This document shows positions 24,501 through 39,500 of a stretch of 55,646 nucleotides of DNA, in pieces. The stretch's first letter is position 1, and every line of letters begins with the position of its first letter. The position numbers and the translations under genes were made by a program. The notes under the pieces are model-generated. The model worked only from the letters and a program-made list of their open reading frames with translations. It did no database searches and was not told the origin of the DNA. Origin of the DNA: Macrostomum lignano (taxonomy: Eukaryota); assembly GCA_002269645.1 (NCBI GenBank), contig NIVC01002172.1, forward strand, positions 1 to 55,646, read 5' to 3'.

Positions 24501-27500
24501 CAAGCAATCCTAGTGTACTGCTGTTTTTCGTTGCGCCATCTAGCCATTTAGCCAGCAGCACTACTAATAGATGTCTCAATGAACAATGGTTTATAGACTA
24601 GACTAATCCAAGAGAGGTGGGCGATGCCAGCCGATTGAATCTAGTTGGAGCGTTTAATATTCGTAGTCGTAACTAAAATGATGCCCTTCTGATCTTCCAG
24701 CGGCCGGAGTGAAGTACGTCGGCTGCTTCAAGGACAATCGCTACAGGGATTTGCCGGTAGTTTACACTGCCAACTACAAGACGACAAAGGCTTACTGCTT
24801 CCGCTATTGTCGAGCCAAGGGCTACAGGTACTTTGGTCTGCAAAACGGCAATGCGTGCACCTGCGGAAACACCGTCGGTCGGTATGGAAAAGCGAAGAGC
24901 AAGGATTGCGCCAGGTCCACCTGTAAGGGCGACAAGAGGTCCAAATGTGGTGGACCATGGAGGAACAGCGTCTTCACAACCGGACTGAAGCCCAAGAGCT
25001 TCAAGAGTAAGTGTGCAGTCAAGCAGAAAATTCGCTTTCCACGCTCGCTCGTAGGCTCGTACGGTATATTAGATATTTTTGAATGTAAAACGAGATTGCT
25101 CTGTACGGTTTGGATGGGGTTTTGCTGACCTGCATGTGCCCACTATTTCTCTTTTAAGCACCTGGAATGTCTCACATTGGCTGCTTTGTTGACGGCCGGA
25201 GACGCGATCTTCCAACTCTGGGAGGAAAAGGCAGCATGACTGTTGGAAGGTGCTACGGACTATGCAAGAAAAAGGGATTCCGATTCTTTGGCGTTCAGAT
25301 AGGAAAACAGTGCTGGTGCGGCAACCACTACGGTCGCTACGGCCGACGCGACAAACGCGAGTGCCGCTACCAGTGCAGAGGAGACAAGACGACCTACTGT
25401 GGCGGCTCCTGGAGAAACGACGTGTACGCAACGGGTGTTGTCGTCGCCAGCAAAGGTAACCGAGTCTGTCAACAGGTTTACGCTTGTAGCTTTCTGGAGA
25501 TCCAAGCAATCCTAGTGTACTGCTGTTTTTCGTTGCGCCATCTAGCCATTTAGCCAGCAGCACTACTAATAGATGTCTCAATGAACAATGGTTTATAGAC
25601 TAGACTAATCCAAGAGAGGTGGGCGATGCCAGCCGATTAAATCTAGTTGGAGCCTTTAATATTCGTAGTCGTAACTAAAATGATGCCCTTCTGATCTTCC
25701 AGCGGCCGGAGTGAAGTACGTCGGCTGCTTCAAGGACAATCGCAACAGGGATTTGCCGGTAGTTTACACTGCCAACTACAAGACGACAAAGGCTTACTGC
25801 TTCCGCTATTGTCGAGCCAAGGGCTACAGGTACTTTGGTCTGCAAAACGGCAATGCGTGCACCTGCGGAAACACCGTCGGTCGGTATGGAAGAGCGTCGA
25901 GCAAGGATTGCGCCAGGTCCACCTGTAAGGGCGACAAGAGGTCCAAATGTGGTGGACCATGGAGGAACAGCGTCTTCACAACCGGACTGAAGCCCAAGAG
26001 CTTCAAGAGTAAGTGTGCAGTCAAGCAGAAAATTCGCTTTCCACGCTCGCTCGTAGGCTCGTAGGGTACATAAGACATTTTGTAAAGTAAAACGGTGAAG
26101 TGAGACATTTTGGCCCTGAAAGTTTCAATCCAGTTTGAATGTATTTCCAACCAATGAACGCGCTCCAGCAAGCAAAAGCTGAGCACATGATCCCAGTCTT
26201 AGCTAATGAAAAGTAGACATCCTTTCCCTACAACAGACTGAACCTTCGGTTCCCCCGAACAATTAGAACCTACCATAGACTTGAGTTAATCTCGAGATTG
26301 CGAACACCAAATACAATACAACGGTCAGTAAGTTAACATCAATTGATTGCATCATCAGGAAAAGTTAGTCGAATCCGCCGCCTTAGTTATATGGCTCTCA
26401 CATTGGTAATTGAAGTTATTATTGAGCTTAGTAGTGAGAGATCAGAAGACCAAAGACACCCAAGTTATAGACATATATAAAAAATTTCAACGGGCTGGCT
26501 CTGTCCGTGTCTTGGATTAGGAGCCAACCAGCTGGGGTTTTACTGACCTGCGTGTGCCCACTATTTCTTTTTTAAGCACCTGGAATGTCTCACATTGGCT
26601 GCTTTGTTGACGGCCGGAGGCGCGATCTTCCAACTGTGGGAGGAAAAGGCAGCATAACTGTTGGAAGGTGCTACGGACTGTGCAAGAAAAAGGGATTCCG
26701 ATTCTTTGGCGTTCAGATAGGAAAACAGTGCTGGTGCGGCAACCACTACGGTCGCTACGGCCGACGCGACAAACGCGAGTGCCGCTACCAGTGCAGAGGA
26801 GACAAGACGACCTACTGTGGCGGCTCCTGGAGAAACGACGTGTACGCTACCGGACTCGAAGAGCACGCCTCCGGAGTTACCCTACTTGGCTGCTTCCGCG
26901 ACAATTCGAAGCGCGACTTGCCCCTTGTACACGGCGCCGGTCACCGGACCACAAAGGCGTACTGTCTGAAGTACTGCAAGTCTCGCGGCTACAGGTACTT
27001 TGGCCTCCAGGCTGGATCTGCGTGCACCTGCGGCAACAAATATGGCAGCTTTGGCCGAGTCAATGCAAAGCAGTGCAGAACGCGCTGTAGAGGCGACAAA
27101 AGACGAACCTGCGGCGGCTCTTGGAGAAACTCTGTCTACTCGACTGGAATCGGCAGCAAGCCTGTTCGTCGTGAGTACAACAGTACAGATTCGCAATTGA
27201 TTGCTTTTTTGTCCACCTAGCTCGTGTTTATATTAGTTTGCAGCTCTCAGTTGAGAACTATGCGATGCCTCACTAATTGCGCGCGCCGTTTCTCTTCCTT
27301 CCATAAATACGAGTAGTTTCAAGCAATATAAGGTGGCTAATTTGAAATTGTGCGCAAATTAGTCTGACATCTTGAAACTTTAAATGCATTAAATATCATC
27401 AGCGAAAGCGTGGGCGTCCAAGAGTTGAGCCTTTCTCATAAGTTGTTTACATAAACGACAGCAAATAATGTGTACAGTAGTAGTCTGTCGCTACCGCTTT

Positions 27501-30500
27501 CAGTGCCCGGATTGAAGCATCTCGGCTGCTATCTGGACAAGAGCTCCAGAGATCTTAGAAAGCTGGTTCTCTCCGGATCAGTTACTGTGCCAAAGTGCTA
27601 CAAGGCGTGCAAAGCCAGGAAATATCGCTTCTTCGGTGTGCAAAATGGCTACCAGTGCTGGTGCGGCAACCACTATGGCAGGTACAGAATCCGATCAAAC
27701 TTGGAGTGCAGAGTACAGTGCAGAGGAGACAAGTCGACCTACTGCGGAGGCGCGTGGAGAAACAATGTCTACGCGACGGGTGTTGTCGTCGCCAGCAAAG
27801 GTAACCGAGTCTGTCAACAGGTTTACGCTTGTAGCTTTCTGGAGATCCAAGCAATCCTAGTGTACTGCTGTTTTTCGTTGCGCCATCTAGCCATTTAGCC
27901 AGCAGCACTACTAATAGATGTCTCAATGAACAATGGTTTATAGACTAGACTAATCCAAGAGAGGTGGGCGATGCCAGCCGATTGAATCTAGTTGGAGCGT
28001 TTAATATTCGTAGTCGTAACTAAAATGATGCCCTTCTGATCTTCCAGCGGCCGGAGTGAAGTACGTCGGCTGCTTCAAGGACAATCGCTACAGGGATTTG
28101 CCGGTAGTTTACACTGCCAACTACAAGACGACAAAGGCTTACTGCTTCCGCTATTGTCGAGCCAAGGGCTACAGGTACTTTGGTCTGCAAAACGGCAATG
28201 CGTGCACCTGCGGAAACACCGTCGGTCGGTATGGAAAAGCGAAGAGCAAGGATTGCGCCAGGTCCACCTGTAAGGGCGACAAGAGGTCCAAATGTGGTGG
28301 ACCATGGAGGAACAGCGTCTTCACAACCGGACTGAAGCCCAAGAGCTTCAAGAGTAAGTGTGCAGTCAAGCAGAAAATTCGCTTTCCACGCTCGCTCGTA
28401 GGCTCGTACGGTATATTAGATATTTTTGAATGTAAAACGAGATTGCTCTGTACGGTTTGGATGGGGTTTTGCTGACCTGCATGTGCCCACTATTTCTCTT
28501 TTAAGCACCTGGAATGTCTCACATTGGCTGCTTTGTTGACGGCCGGAGACGCGATCTTCCAACTCTGGGAGGAAAAGGCAGCATGACTGTTGGAAGGTGC
28601 TACGGACTATGCAAGAAAAAGGGATTCCGATTCTTTGGCGTTCAGATAGGAAAACAGTGCTGGTGCGGCAACCACTACGGTCGCTACGGCCGACGCGACA
28701 AACGCGAGTGCCGCTACCAGTGCAGAGGAGACAAGACGACCTACTGTGGCGGCTCCTGGAGAAACGACGTGTACGCAACGGGTGTTGTCGAGCAAAGGTA
28801 ACCGAGTCTGTCAACAGGTTTACGCTTGTAGCTTTCTGGAGATCCAAGCAATCCTAGTGTACTGCTGTTTTTCGTTGCGCCATCTAGCCAGCCAGCAGCA
28901 CTACTAATAGATGTCTCAATGAACAATGGTTTATAGACTAGACTAATCCAAGAGAGGTGGGCGATGCCAGCCGATCTAGTTGGAGCCTTTAATATTCGTA
29001 GTCGTAACTAAAATGATGCCCTTCTGTAGCGGCCGGAGTGAAGTACGTCGGCTGGGACAATCGCAACAGGGATTTGCCGGTAGTTTACACTGCCAACTAC
29101 AAGACGACAAAGGCTTACTGCTTCCGCTATTGTCGAGCCAAGGGCTACAGGTACTTTGTCTGCAAAACGGCAATGCGTGCACCTGCGGAAACACCGTTCG
29201 GTATGGAAGAGCGTCGAGCAAGGATTGCGCCAGGTCCACCTGTAAGGGCGACAAGAGGTCCAAATGTGGTGGACCATGGAGGAACAGCGTCTTCACAACC
29301 GGACTGAAGCCCAAGAGCTTCAAGAGTAAGTGTGCAGTCAATTCGCTTTCCACGCTCGCTCGTAGGCTCGTCTCAATGAACAATGGTTTATAGACTAGAC
29401 TAATCCAGCAGAGAGGTGGGCGATGCCAGCCTGATTAATCTAGTTGGAGCCTTTAATATTCGTAGTCGTAACTAAAATGATGCCCTTCTGATCTTCCAGC
29501 GGCCGGAGTGAAGTACGTCGGCTGCTTCAAGGACAATCGCAACAGGGATTTGCCGGTAGTTTACACTGCCAACTACAAGACGACAAAGGCTTACTGCTTC
29601 CGCTATTGTCGAGCCAAGGGCTACAGGTACTTTGGTCTGCAAAACGGCAATGCGTGCACCTGCGGAAACACCGTCGGTCGGTATGGAAGAGCGTCGAGCA
29701 AGGATTGCGCCAGGTCCACCTGTAAGGGCGACAAGAGGTCCAAATGTGGTGGACCATGGAGGAACAGCGTCTTCACAACCGGACTGAAGCCCAAGAGCTT
29801 CAAGAGTAAGTGTGCAGTCAAGCAGAAAATTCGCTTTCCACGCTCGCTCGTAGGCTCGTAGGGTACATAAGACATTTTGTAAAGTAAAACGGTGAAGTGA
29901 GACATTTTGGCCCTGAAAGTTTCAATCCAGTTTGAATGTATTTCCAACCAATGAACGCGCTCCAGCAAGCAAAAGCTGAGCACATGATCCCAGTCTTAGC
30001 TAATGAAAAGTAGACATCCTTTCCCTACAACAGACTGAACCTTCGGTTCCCCGAACAATTAGAACCTACCATAGACTTGAGTTAATCTCGAGATTGCGAA
30101 CACCAAATACAATACAACGGTCAGTAAGTTAACATCAATTGATTGCATCATCAGGAAAAGTTAGTCGAATCCGCCGCCTTAGTTATATGGCTCTCACATT
30201 GGTAATTGAAGTTATTATTGAGCTTAGTAGTGAGAGATCAGAAGACCAAAGACACCCAAGTTATAGACATATATAAAAAATTTCAACGGGCTGGCTCTGT
30301 CCGTGTCTTGGATTAGGAGCCAACCAGCTGGGGTTTTACTGACCTGCGTGTGCCCACTATTTCTTTTTTAAGCACCTGGAATGTCTCACATTGGCTGCTT
30401 TGTTGACGGCCGGAGGCGCGATCTTCCAACTGTGGGAGGAAAAGGCAGCATAACTGTTGGAAGGTGCTACGGACTGTGCAAGAAAAAGGGATTCCGATTC

Positions 30501-33500
30501 TTTGGCGTTCAGATAGGAAAACAGTGCTGGTGCGGCAACCACTACGGTCGCTACGGCCGACGCGACAAACGCGAGTGCCGCTACCAGTGCAGAGGAGACA
30601 AGACGACCTACTGTGGCGGCTCCTGGAGAAACGACGTGTACGCTACCGGACTCGAAGAGCACGCCTCCGGAGTTACCCTACTTGGCTGCTTCCGCGACAA
30701 TTCGAAGCGCGACTTGCCCCTTGTACACGGCGCCGGTCACCGGACCACAAAGGCGTACTGTCTGAAGTACTGCAAGTCTCGCGGCTACAGGTACTTTGGC
30801 CTCCAGGCTGGATCTGCGTGCACCTGCGGCAACAAATATGGCAGCTTTGGCCGAGTCAATGCAAAGCAGTGCAGAACGCGCTGTAGAGGCGACAAAAGAC
30901 GAACCTGCGGCGGCTCTTGGAGAAACTCTGTCTACTCGACTGGAATCGGCAGCAAGCCTGTTCGTCGTGAGTACAACAGTACAGATTCGCAATTGATTGC
31001 TTTTTTGTCCACCTAGCTCGTGTTTATATTAGTTTGCAGCTCTCAGTTGAGAACTATGCGATGCCTCACTAATTGCGCGCGCCGTTTCTCTTCCTTCCAT
31101 AAATACGAGTAGTTTCAAGCAATATAAGGTGGCTAATTTGAAATTGTGCGCAAATTAGTCTGACATCTTGAAACTTTAAATGCATTAAATATCATCAGCG
31201 AAAGCGTGGGCGTCCAAGAGTTGAGCCTTTCTCATAAGTTGTTTACATAAACGACAGCAAATAATGTGTACAGTAGTAGTCTGTCGCTACCGCTTTCAGT
31301 GCCCGGATTGAAGCATCTCGGCTGCTATCTGGACAAGAGCTCCAGAGATCTTAGAAAGCTGGTTCTCTCCGGATCAGTTACTGTGCCAAAGTGCTACAAG
31401 GCGTGCAAAGCCAGGAAATATCGCTTCTTCGGTGTGCAAAATGGCTACCAGTGCTGGTGCGGCAACCACTATGGCAGGTACAGAATCCGATCAAACTTGG
31501 AGTGCAGAGTACAGTGCAGAGGAGACAAGTCGACCTACTGCGGAGGCGCGTGGAGAAACAATGTCTACGCGACGGGTGTTGTCGTCGCCAGCAAAGGTAA
31601 CCGAGTCTGTCAACAGGTTTACGCTTGTAGCTTTCTGGAGATCCAAGCAATCCTAGTGTACTGCTGTTTTTCGTTGCGCCATCTAGCCATTTAGCCAGCA
31701 GCACTACTAATAGATGTCTCAATGAACAATGGTTTATAGACTAGACTAATCCAAGAGAGGTGGGCGATGCCAGCCGATTGAATCTAGTTGGAGCGTTTAA
31801 TATCGTAGTCGTAACTAAAATGATGCCCTTCTGATCTTCCAGCGGCCGGAGTGAAGTACGTCGGCTGCTTCAAGGACAATCGCTACAGGGATTTGCCGGT
31901 AGTTTACACTGCCAACTACAAGACGACAAAGGCTTACTGCTTCCGCTATTGTCGAGCCAAGGGCTACAGGTACTTTGGTCTGCAAAACGGCAATGCGTGC
32001 ACCTGCGGAAACACCGTCGGTCGGTATGGAAAAGCGAAGAGCAAGGATTGCGCCAGGTCCACCTGTAAGGGCGACAAGAGGTCCAAATGTGGTGGACCAT
32101 GGAGGAACAGCGTCTTCACAACCGGACTGAAGCCCAAGAGCTTCAAGAGTAAGTGTGCAGTCAAGCAGAAAATTCGCTTTCCACGCTCGCTCGTAGGCTC
32201 GTACGGTATATTAGATATTTTTGAATGTAAAACGAGATTGCTCTGTACGGTTTGGATGGGGTTTTGCTGACCTGCATGTGCCCACTATTTCTCTTTTAAG
32301 CACCTGGAATGTCTCACATTGGCTGCTTTATTGACGGCCGGAGACGCGATCTTCCAACTCTGGGAGGAAAAGGCAGCATGACTGTTGGAAGGTGCTACGG
32401 ACTATGCAAGAAAAAGGGATTCCGATTCTTTGGCGTTCAGATAGGAAAACAGTGCTGGTGCGGCAACCACTACGGTCGCTACGGCCGACGCGACAAACGC
32501 GAGTGCCGCTACCAGTGCAGAGGAGACAAGACGACCTACTGTGGCGGCTCCTGGAGAAACGACGTGTACGCAACGGGTGTTGTCGTCGCCAGCAAAGGTA
32601 ACCGAGTCTGTCAACAGGTTTACGCTTGTAGCTTTCTGGAGATCCAAGCAATCCTAGTGTACTGCTGTTTTTCGTTGCGCCATCTAGCCATTTAGCCAGC
32701 AGCACTACTAATAGATGTCTCAATGAACAATGGTTTATAGACTAGACTAATCCAAGAGAGGTGGGCGATGCCAGCCGATTAAATCTAGTTGGAGCCTTTA
32801 ATATTCGTAGTCGTAACTAAAATGATGCCCTTCTGATCTTCCAGCGGCCGGAGTGAAGTACGTCGGCTGCTTCAAGGACAATCGCAACAGGGATTTGCCG
32901 GTAGTTTACACTGCCAACTACAAGACGACAAAGGCTTACTGCTTCCGCTATTGTCGAGCCAAGGGCTACAGGTACTTTGGTCTGCAAAACGGCAATGCGT
33001 GCACCTGCGGAAACACCGTCGGTCGGTATGGAAGAGCGTCGAGCAAGGATTGCGCCAGGTCCACCTGTAAGGGCGACAAGAGGTCCAAATGTGGTGGACC
33101 ATGGAGGAACAGCGTCTTCACAACCGGACTGAAGCCCAAGAGCTTCAAGAGTAAGTGTGCAGTCAAGCAGAAAATTCGCTTTCCACGCTCGCTCGTAGGC
33201 TCGTAGGGTACATAAGACATTTTGTAAAGTAAAACGGTGAAGTGAGACATTTTGGCCCTGAAAGTTTCAATCCAGTTTGAATGTATTTCCAACCAATGAA
33301 CGCGCTCCAGCAAGCAAAAGCTGAGCACATGATCCCAGTCTTAGCTAATGAAAAGTAGACATCCTTTCCCTACAACAGACTGAACCTTCGGTTCCCCCGA
33401 ACAATTAGAACCTACCATAGACTTGAGTTAATCTCGAGATTGCGAACACCAAATACAATACAACGGTCAGTAAGTTAACATCAATTGATTGCATCATCAG

Positions 33501-36500
33501 GAAAAGTTAGTCGAATCCGCCGCCTTAGTTATATGGCTCTCACATTGGTAATTGAAGTTATTATTGAGCTTAGTAGTGAGAGATCAGAAGACCAAAGACA
33601 CCCAAGTTATAGACATATATAAAAAATTTCAACGGGCTGGCTCTGTCCGTGTCTTGGATTAGGAGCCAACCAGCTGGGGTTTTACTGACCTGCGTGTGCC
33701 CACTATTTCTTTTTTAAGCACCTGGAATGTCTCACATTGGCTGCTTTGTTGACGGCCGGAGGCGCGATCTTCCAACTGTGGGAGGAAAAGGCAGCATAAC
33801 TGTTGGAAGGTGCTACGGACTGTGCAAGAAAAAGGGATTCCGATTCTTTGGCGTTCAGATAGGAAAACAGTGCTGGTGCGGCAACCACTACGGTCGCTAC
33901 GGCCGACGCGACAAACGCGAGTGCCGCTACCAGTGCAGAGGAGACAAGACGACCTACTGTGGCGGCTCCTGGAGAAACGACGTGTACGCTACCGGACTCG
34001 AAGAGCACGCCTCCGGAGTTACCCTACTTGGCTGCTTCCGCGACAATTCGAAGCGCGACTTGCCCCTTGTACACGGCGCCGGTCACCGGACCACAAAGGC
34101 GTACTGTCTGAAGTACTGCAAGTCTCGCGGCTACAGGTACTTTGGCCTCCAGGCTGGATCTGCGTGCACCTGCGGCAACAAATATGGCAGCTTTGGCCGA
34201 GTCAATGCAAAGCAGTGCAGAACGCGCTGTAGAGGCGACAAAAGACGAACCTGCGGCGGCTCTTGAAAACTTGTTACTCGAGAATCGAGAACCCGCGAGT
34301 ACAACGTACAGATAAGTTAGTATCAATTGATTGCATCATCAGGAAAAGTTAGTCGAATCCGCCGCCTTAGTTATTGGCTCTCACATTGGTAATTGAAGTT
34401 ATTATTGAGCTTAGTAGTGAGAGATCAGAAGACCAAAGACACCCAAGTTATAGACATATATAAAAAAATTTCAACGGGCTGGCTCTGTCCGTGTTTGGAT
34501 TAGGAGCCAACCAGCTGGGGTTTTACTGACCTGCGTGTGCCCACTATTTCTTTTTTAAGCACCGGAATGTCTCACATCTGGCTGCTTTGTTGACGGCCGG
34601 AGGCGCGATCTTCCAACTGTGAGGAAAAGGCAGCATAACTGTTGGAAGGTGCTACGGACTGTGCAAGAAAAAGGGATTCCGATTCTTTGGCGTTCAGATA
34701 GGAAAACAGTGCTGGTGCGGCAACCACTACGGTCGCTACGGCCGACGCGACAAACGCGAGTGCCGCTACCAGTGCAGAGGAGACAAGACGACCTACTGTG
34801 GCGGCTCCTGGAGAAACGACGTGTACGCTACCGGACTCGAAGAGCACGCCTCCGGAGTTACCCTACTTGGCTGCTTCCGCGACAATTCGAAGCGCGACTT
34901 GCCCCTTGTACACGGCGCCGGTCACCGGACCACAAAGGCGTACTGTCTGAAGTACTGCAAGTCTCGCGGCTACAGGTACTTTGGCCTCCAGGCTGGATCT
35001 GCGTGCACCTGCGGCAACAAATATGGCAGCTTTGGCCGAGTCAATGCAAAGCAGTGCAGAACGCGCTGTAGAGGCGACAAAAGACGAACCTGCGGCGGCT
35101 CTTGGAGAAACTCTGTCTACTCGACTGGAATCGGCAGCAAGCCTGTTCGTCGTGAGTACAACAGTACAGATTCGCAATTGATTGCTTTTTTGTCCACCTA
35201 GCTCGTGTTTATATTAGTTTGCAGCTCTCAGTTGAGAACTATGCGATGCCTCACTAATTGCGCGCGCCGTTTCTCTTCCTTCCATAAATACGAGTAGTTT
35301 CAAGCAATATAAGGTGGCTAATTTGAAATTGTGCGCAAATTAGTCTGACATCTTGAAACTTTAAATGCATTAAATATCATCAGCGAAAGCGTGGGCGTCC
35401 AAGAGTTGAGCCTTTCTCATAAGTTGTTTACATAAACGACAGCAAATAATGTGTACAGTAGTAGTCTGTCGCTACCGCTTTCAGTGCCCGGATTGAAGCA
35501 TCTCGGCTGCTATCTGGACAAGAGCTCCAGAGATCTTAGAAAGCTGGTTCTCTCCGGATCAGTTACTGTGCCAAAGTGCTACAAGGCGTGCAAAGCCAGG
35601 AAATATCGCTTCTTCGGTGTGCAAAATGGCTACCAGTGCTGGTGCGGCAACCACTATGGCAGGTACAGAATCCGATCAAACTTGGAGTGCAGAGTACAGT
35701 GCAGAGGAGACAAGTCGACCTACTGCGGAGGCGCGTGGAGAAACAATGTCTACGCGACGGGTGTTGTCGTCGCCAGCAAAGGTAACCGAGTCTGTCAACA
35801 GGTTTACGCTTGTAGCTTTCTGGAGATCCAAGCAATCCTAGTGTACTGCTGTTTTTCGTTGCGCCATCTAGCCATTTAGCCAGCAGCACTACTAATAGAT
35901 GTCTCAATGAACAATGGTTTATAGACTAGACTAATCCAAGAGAGGTGGGCGATGCCAGCCGATTGAATCTAGTTGGAGCGTTTAATATTCGTAGTCGTAA
36001 CTAAAATGATGCCCTTCTGATCTTCCAGCGGCCGGAGTGAAGTACGTCGGCTGCTTCAAGGACAATCGCTACAGGGATTTGCCGGTAGTTTACACTGCCA
36101 ACTACAAGACGACAAAGGCTTACTGCTTCCGCTATTGTCGAGCCAAGGGCTACAGGTACTTTGGTCTGCAAAACGGCAATGCGTGCACCTGCGGAAACAC
36201 CGTCGGTCGGTATGGAAAAGCGAAGAGCAAGGATTGCGCCAGGTCCACCTGTAAGGGCGACAAGAGGTCCAAATGTGGTGGACCATGGAGGAACAGCGTC
36301 TTCACAACCGGACTGAAGCCCAAGAGCTTCAAGAGTAAGTGTGCAGTCAAGCAGAAAATTCGCTTTCCACGCTCGCTCGTAGGCTCGTACGGTATATTAG
36401 ATATTTTTGAATGTAAAACGAGATTGCTCTGTACGGTTTGGATGGGGTTTTGCTGACCTGCATGTGCCCACTATTTCTCTTTTAAGCACCTGGAATGTCT

Positions 36501-39500
36501 CACATTGGCTGCTTTGTTGACGGCCGGAGGCGCGATCTTCCAACTGTGGGAGGAAAAGGCAGCATAACTGTTGGAAGGTGCTACGGACTGTGCAAGAAAA
36601 AGGGATTCCGATTCTTTGGCGTTCAGATAGGAAAACAGTGCTGGTGCGGCAACCACTACGGTCGCTACGGCCGACGCGACAAACGCGAGTGCCGCTACCA
36701 GTGCAGAGGAGACAAGACGACCTACTGTGGCGGCTCCTGGAGAAACGACGTGTACGCTACCGGACTCGAAGAGCACGCCTCCGGAGTTACCCTACTTGGC
36801 TGCTTCCGCGACAATTCGAAGCGCGACTTGCCCCTTGTACACGGCGCCGGTCACCGGACCACAAAGGCGTACTGTCTGAAGTACTGCAAGTCTCGCGGCT
36901 ACAGGTACTTTGGCCTCCAGGCTGGATCTGCGTGCACCTGCGGCAACAAATATGGCAGCTTTGGCCGAGTCAATGCAAAGCAGTGCAGAACGCGCTGTAG
37001 AGGCGACAAAAGACGAACCTGCGGCGGCTCTTGGAGAAACTCTGTCTACTCGACTGGAATCGGCAGCAAGCCTGTTCGTCGTGAGTACAACAGTACAGAT
37101 TCGCAATTGATTGCTTTTTTGTCCACCTAGCTCGTGTTTATATTAGTTTGCAGCTCTCAGTTGAGAACTATGCGATGCCTCACTAATTGCGCGCGCCGTT
37201 TCTCTTCCTTCCATAAATACGAGTAGTTTCAAGCAATATAAGGTGGCTAATTTGAAATTGTGCGCAAATTAGTCTGACATCTTGAAACTTTAAATGCATT
37301 AAATATCATCAGCGAAAGCGTGGGCGTCCAAGAGTTGAGCCTTTCTCATAAGTTGTTTACATAAACGACAGCAAATAATGTGTACAGTAGTAGTCTGTCG
37401 CTACCGCTTTCAGTGCCCGGATTGAAGCATCTCGGCTGCTATCTGGACAAGAGCTCCAGAGATCTTAGAAAGCTGGTTCTCTCCGGATCAGTTACTGTGC
37501 CAAAGTGCTACAAGGCGTGCAAAGCCAGGAAATATCGCTTCTTCGGTGTGCAAAATGGCTACCAGTGCTGGTGCGGCAACCACTATGGCAGGTACAGAAT
37601 CCGATCAAACTTGGAGTGCAGAGTACAGTGCAGAGGAGACAAGTCGACCTACTGCGGAGGCGCGTGGAGAAACAATGTCTACGCGACGGGTGTTGTCGTC
37701 GCCAGCAAAGGTAACCGAGTCTGTCAACAGGTTTACGCTTGTAGCTTTCTGGAGATCCAAGCAATCCTAGTGTACTGCTGTTTTTCGTTGCGCCATCTAG
37801 CCATTTAGCCAGCAGCACTACTAATAGATGTCTCAATGAACAATGGTTTATAGACTAGACTAATCCAAGAGAGGTGGGCGATGCCAGCCGATTGAATCTA
37901 GTTGGAGCGTTTAATATTCGTAGTCGTAACTAAAATGATGCCCTTCTGATCTTCCAGCGGCCGGAGTGAAGTACGTCGGCTGCTTCAAGGACAATCGCTA
38001 CAGGGATTTGCCGGTAGTTTACACTGCCAACTACAAGACGACAAAGGCTTACTGCTTCCGCTATTGTCGAGCCAAGGGCTACAGGTACTTTGGTCTGCAA
38101 AACGGCAATGCGTGCACCTGCGGAAACACCGTCGGTCGGTATGGAAAAGCGAAGAGCAAGGATTGCGCCAGGTCCACCTGTAAGGGCGACAAGAGGTCCA
38201 AATGTGGTGGACCATGGAGGAACAGCGTCTTCACAACCGGACTGAAGCCCAAGAGCTTCAAGAGTAAGTGTGCAGTCAAGCAGAAAATTCGCTTTCCACG
38301 CTCGCTCGTAGGCTCGTACGGTATATTAGATATTTTTGAATGTAAAACGAGATTGCTCTGTACGGTTTGGATGGGGTTTTGCTGACCTGCATGTGCCCAC
38401 TATTTCTCTTTTAAGCACCTGGAATGTCTCACATTGGCTGCTTTGTTGACGGCCGGAGGCGCGATCTTCCAACTGTGGGAGGAAAAGGCAGCATAACTGT
38501 TGGAAGGTGCTACGGACTGTGCAAGAAAAAGGGATTCCGATTCTTTGGCGTTCAGATAGGAAAACAGTGCTGGTGCGGCAACCACTACGGTCGCTACGGC
38601 CGACGCGACAAACGCGAGTGCCGCTACCAGTGCAGAGGAGACAAGACGACCTACTGTGGCGGCTCCTGGAGAAACGACGTGTACGCTACCGGACTCGAAG
38701 AGCACGCCTCCGGAGTTACCCTACTTGGCTGCTTCCGCGACAATTCGAAGCGCGACTTGCCCCTTGTACACGGCGCCGGTCACCGGACCACAAAGGCGTA
38801 CTGTCTGAAGTACTGCAAGTCTCGCGGCTACAGGTACTTTGGCCTCCAGGCTGGATCTGCGTGCACCTGCGGCAACAAATATGGCAGCTTTGGCCGAGTC
38901 AATGCAAAGCAGTGCAGAACGCGCTGTAGAGGCGACAAAAGACGAACCTGCGGCGGCTCTTGGAGAAACTCTGTCTACTCGACTGGAATCGGCAGCAAGC
39001 CTGTTCGTCGTGAGTACAACAGTACAGATTCGCAATTGATTGCTTTTTTGTCCACCTAGCTCGTGTTTATATTAGTTTGCAGCTCTCAGTTGAGAACTAT
39101 GCGATGCCTCACTAATTGCGCGCGCCGTTTCTCTTCCTTCCATAAATACGAGTAGTTTCAAGCAATATAAGGTGGCTAATTTGAAATTGTGCGCAAATTA
39201 GTCTGACATCTTGAAACTTTAAATGCATTAAATATCATCAGCGAAAGCGTGGGCGTCCAAGAGTTGAGCCTTTCTCATAAGTTGTTTACATAAACGACAG
39301 CAAATAATGTGTACAGTAGTAGTCTGTCGCTACCGCTTTCAGTGCCCGGATTGAAGCATCTCGGCTGCTATCTGGACAAGAGCTCCAGAGATCTTAGAAA
39401 GCTGGTTCTCTCCGGATCAGTTACTGTGCCAAAGTGCTACAAGGCGTGCAAAGCCAGGAAATATCGCTTCTTCGGTGTGCAAAATGGCTACCAGTGCTGG

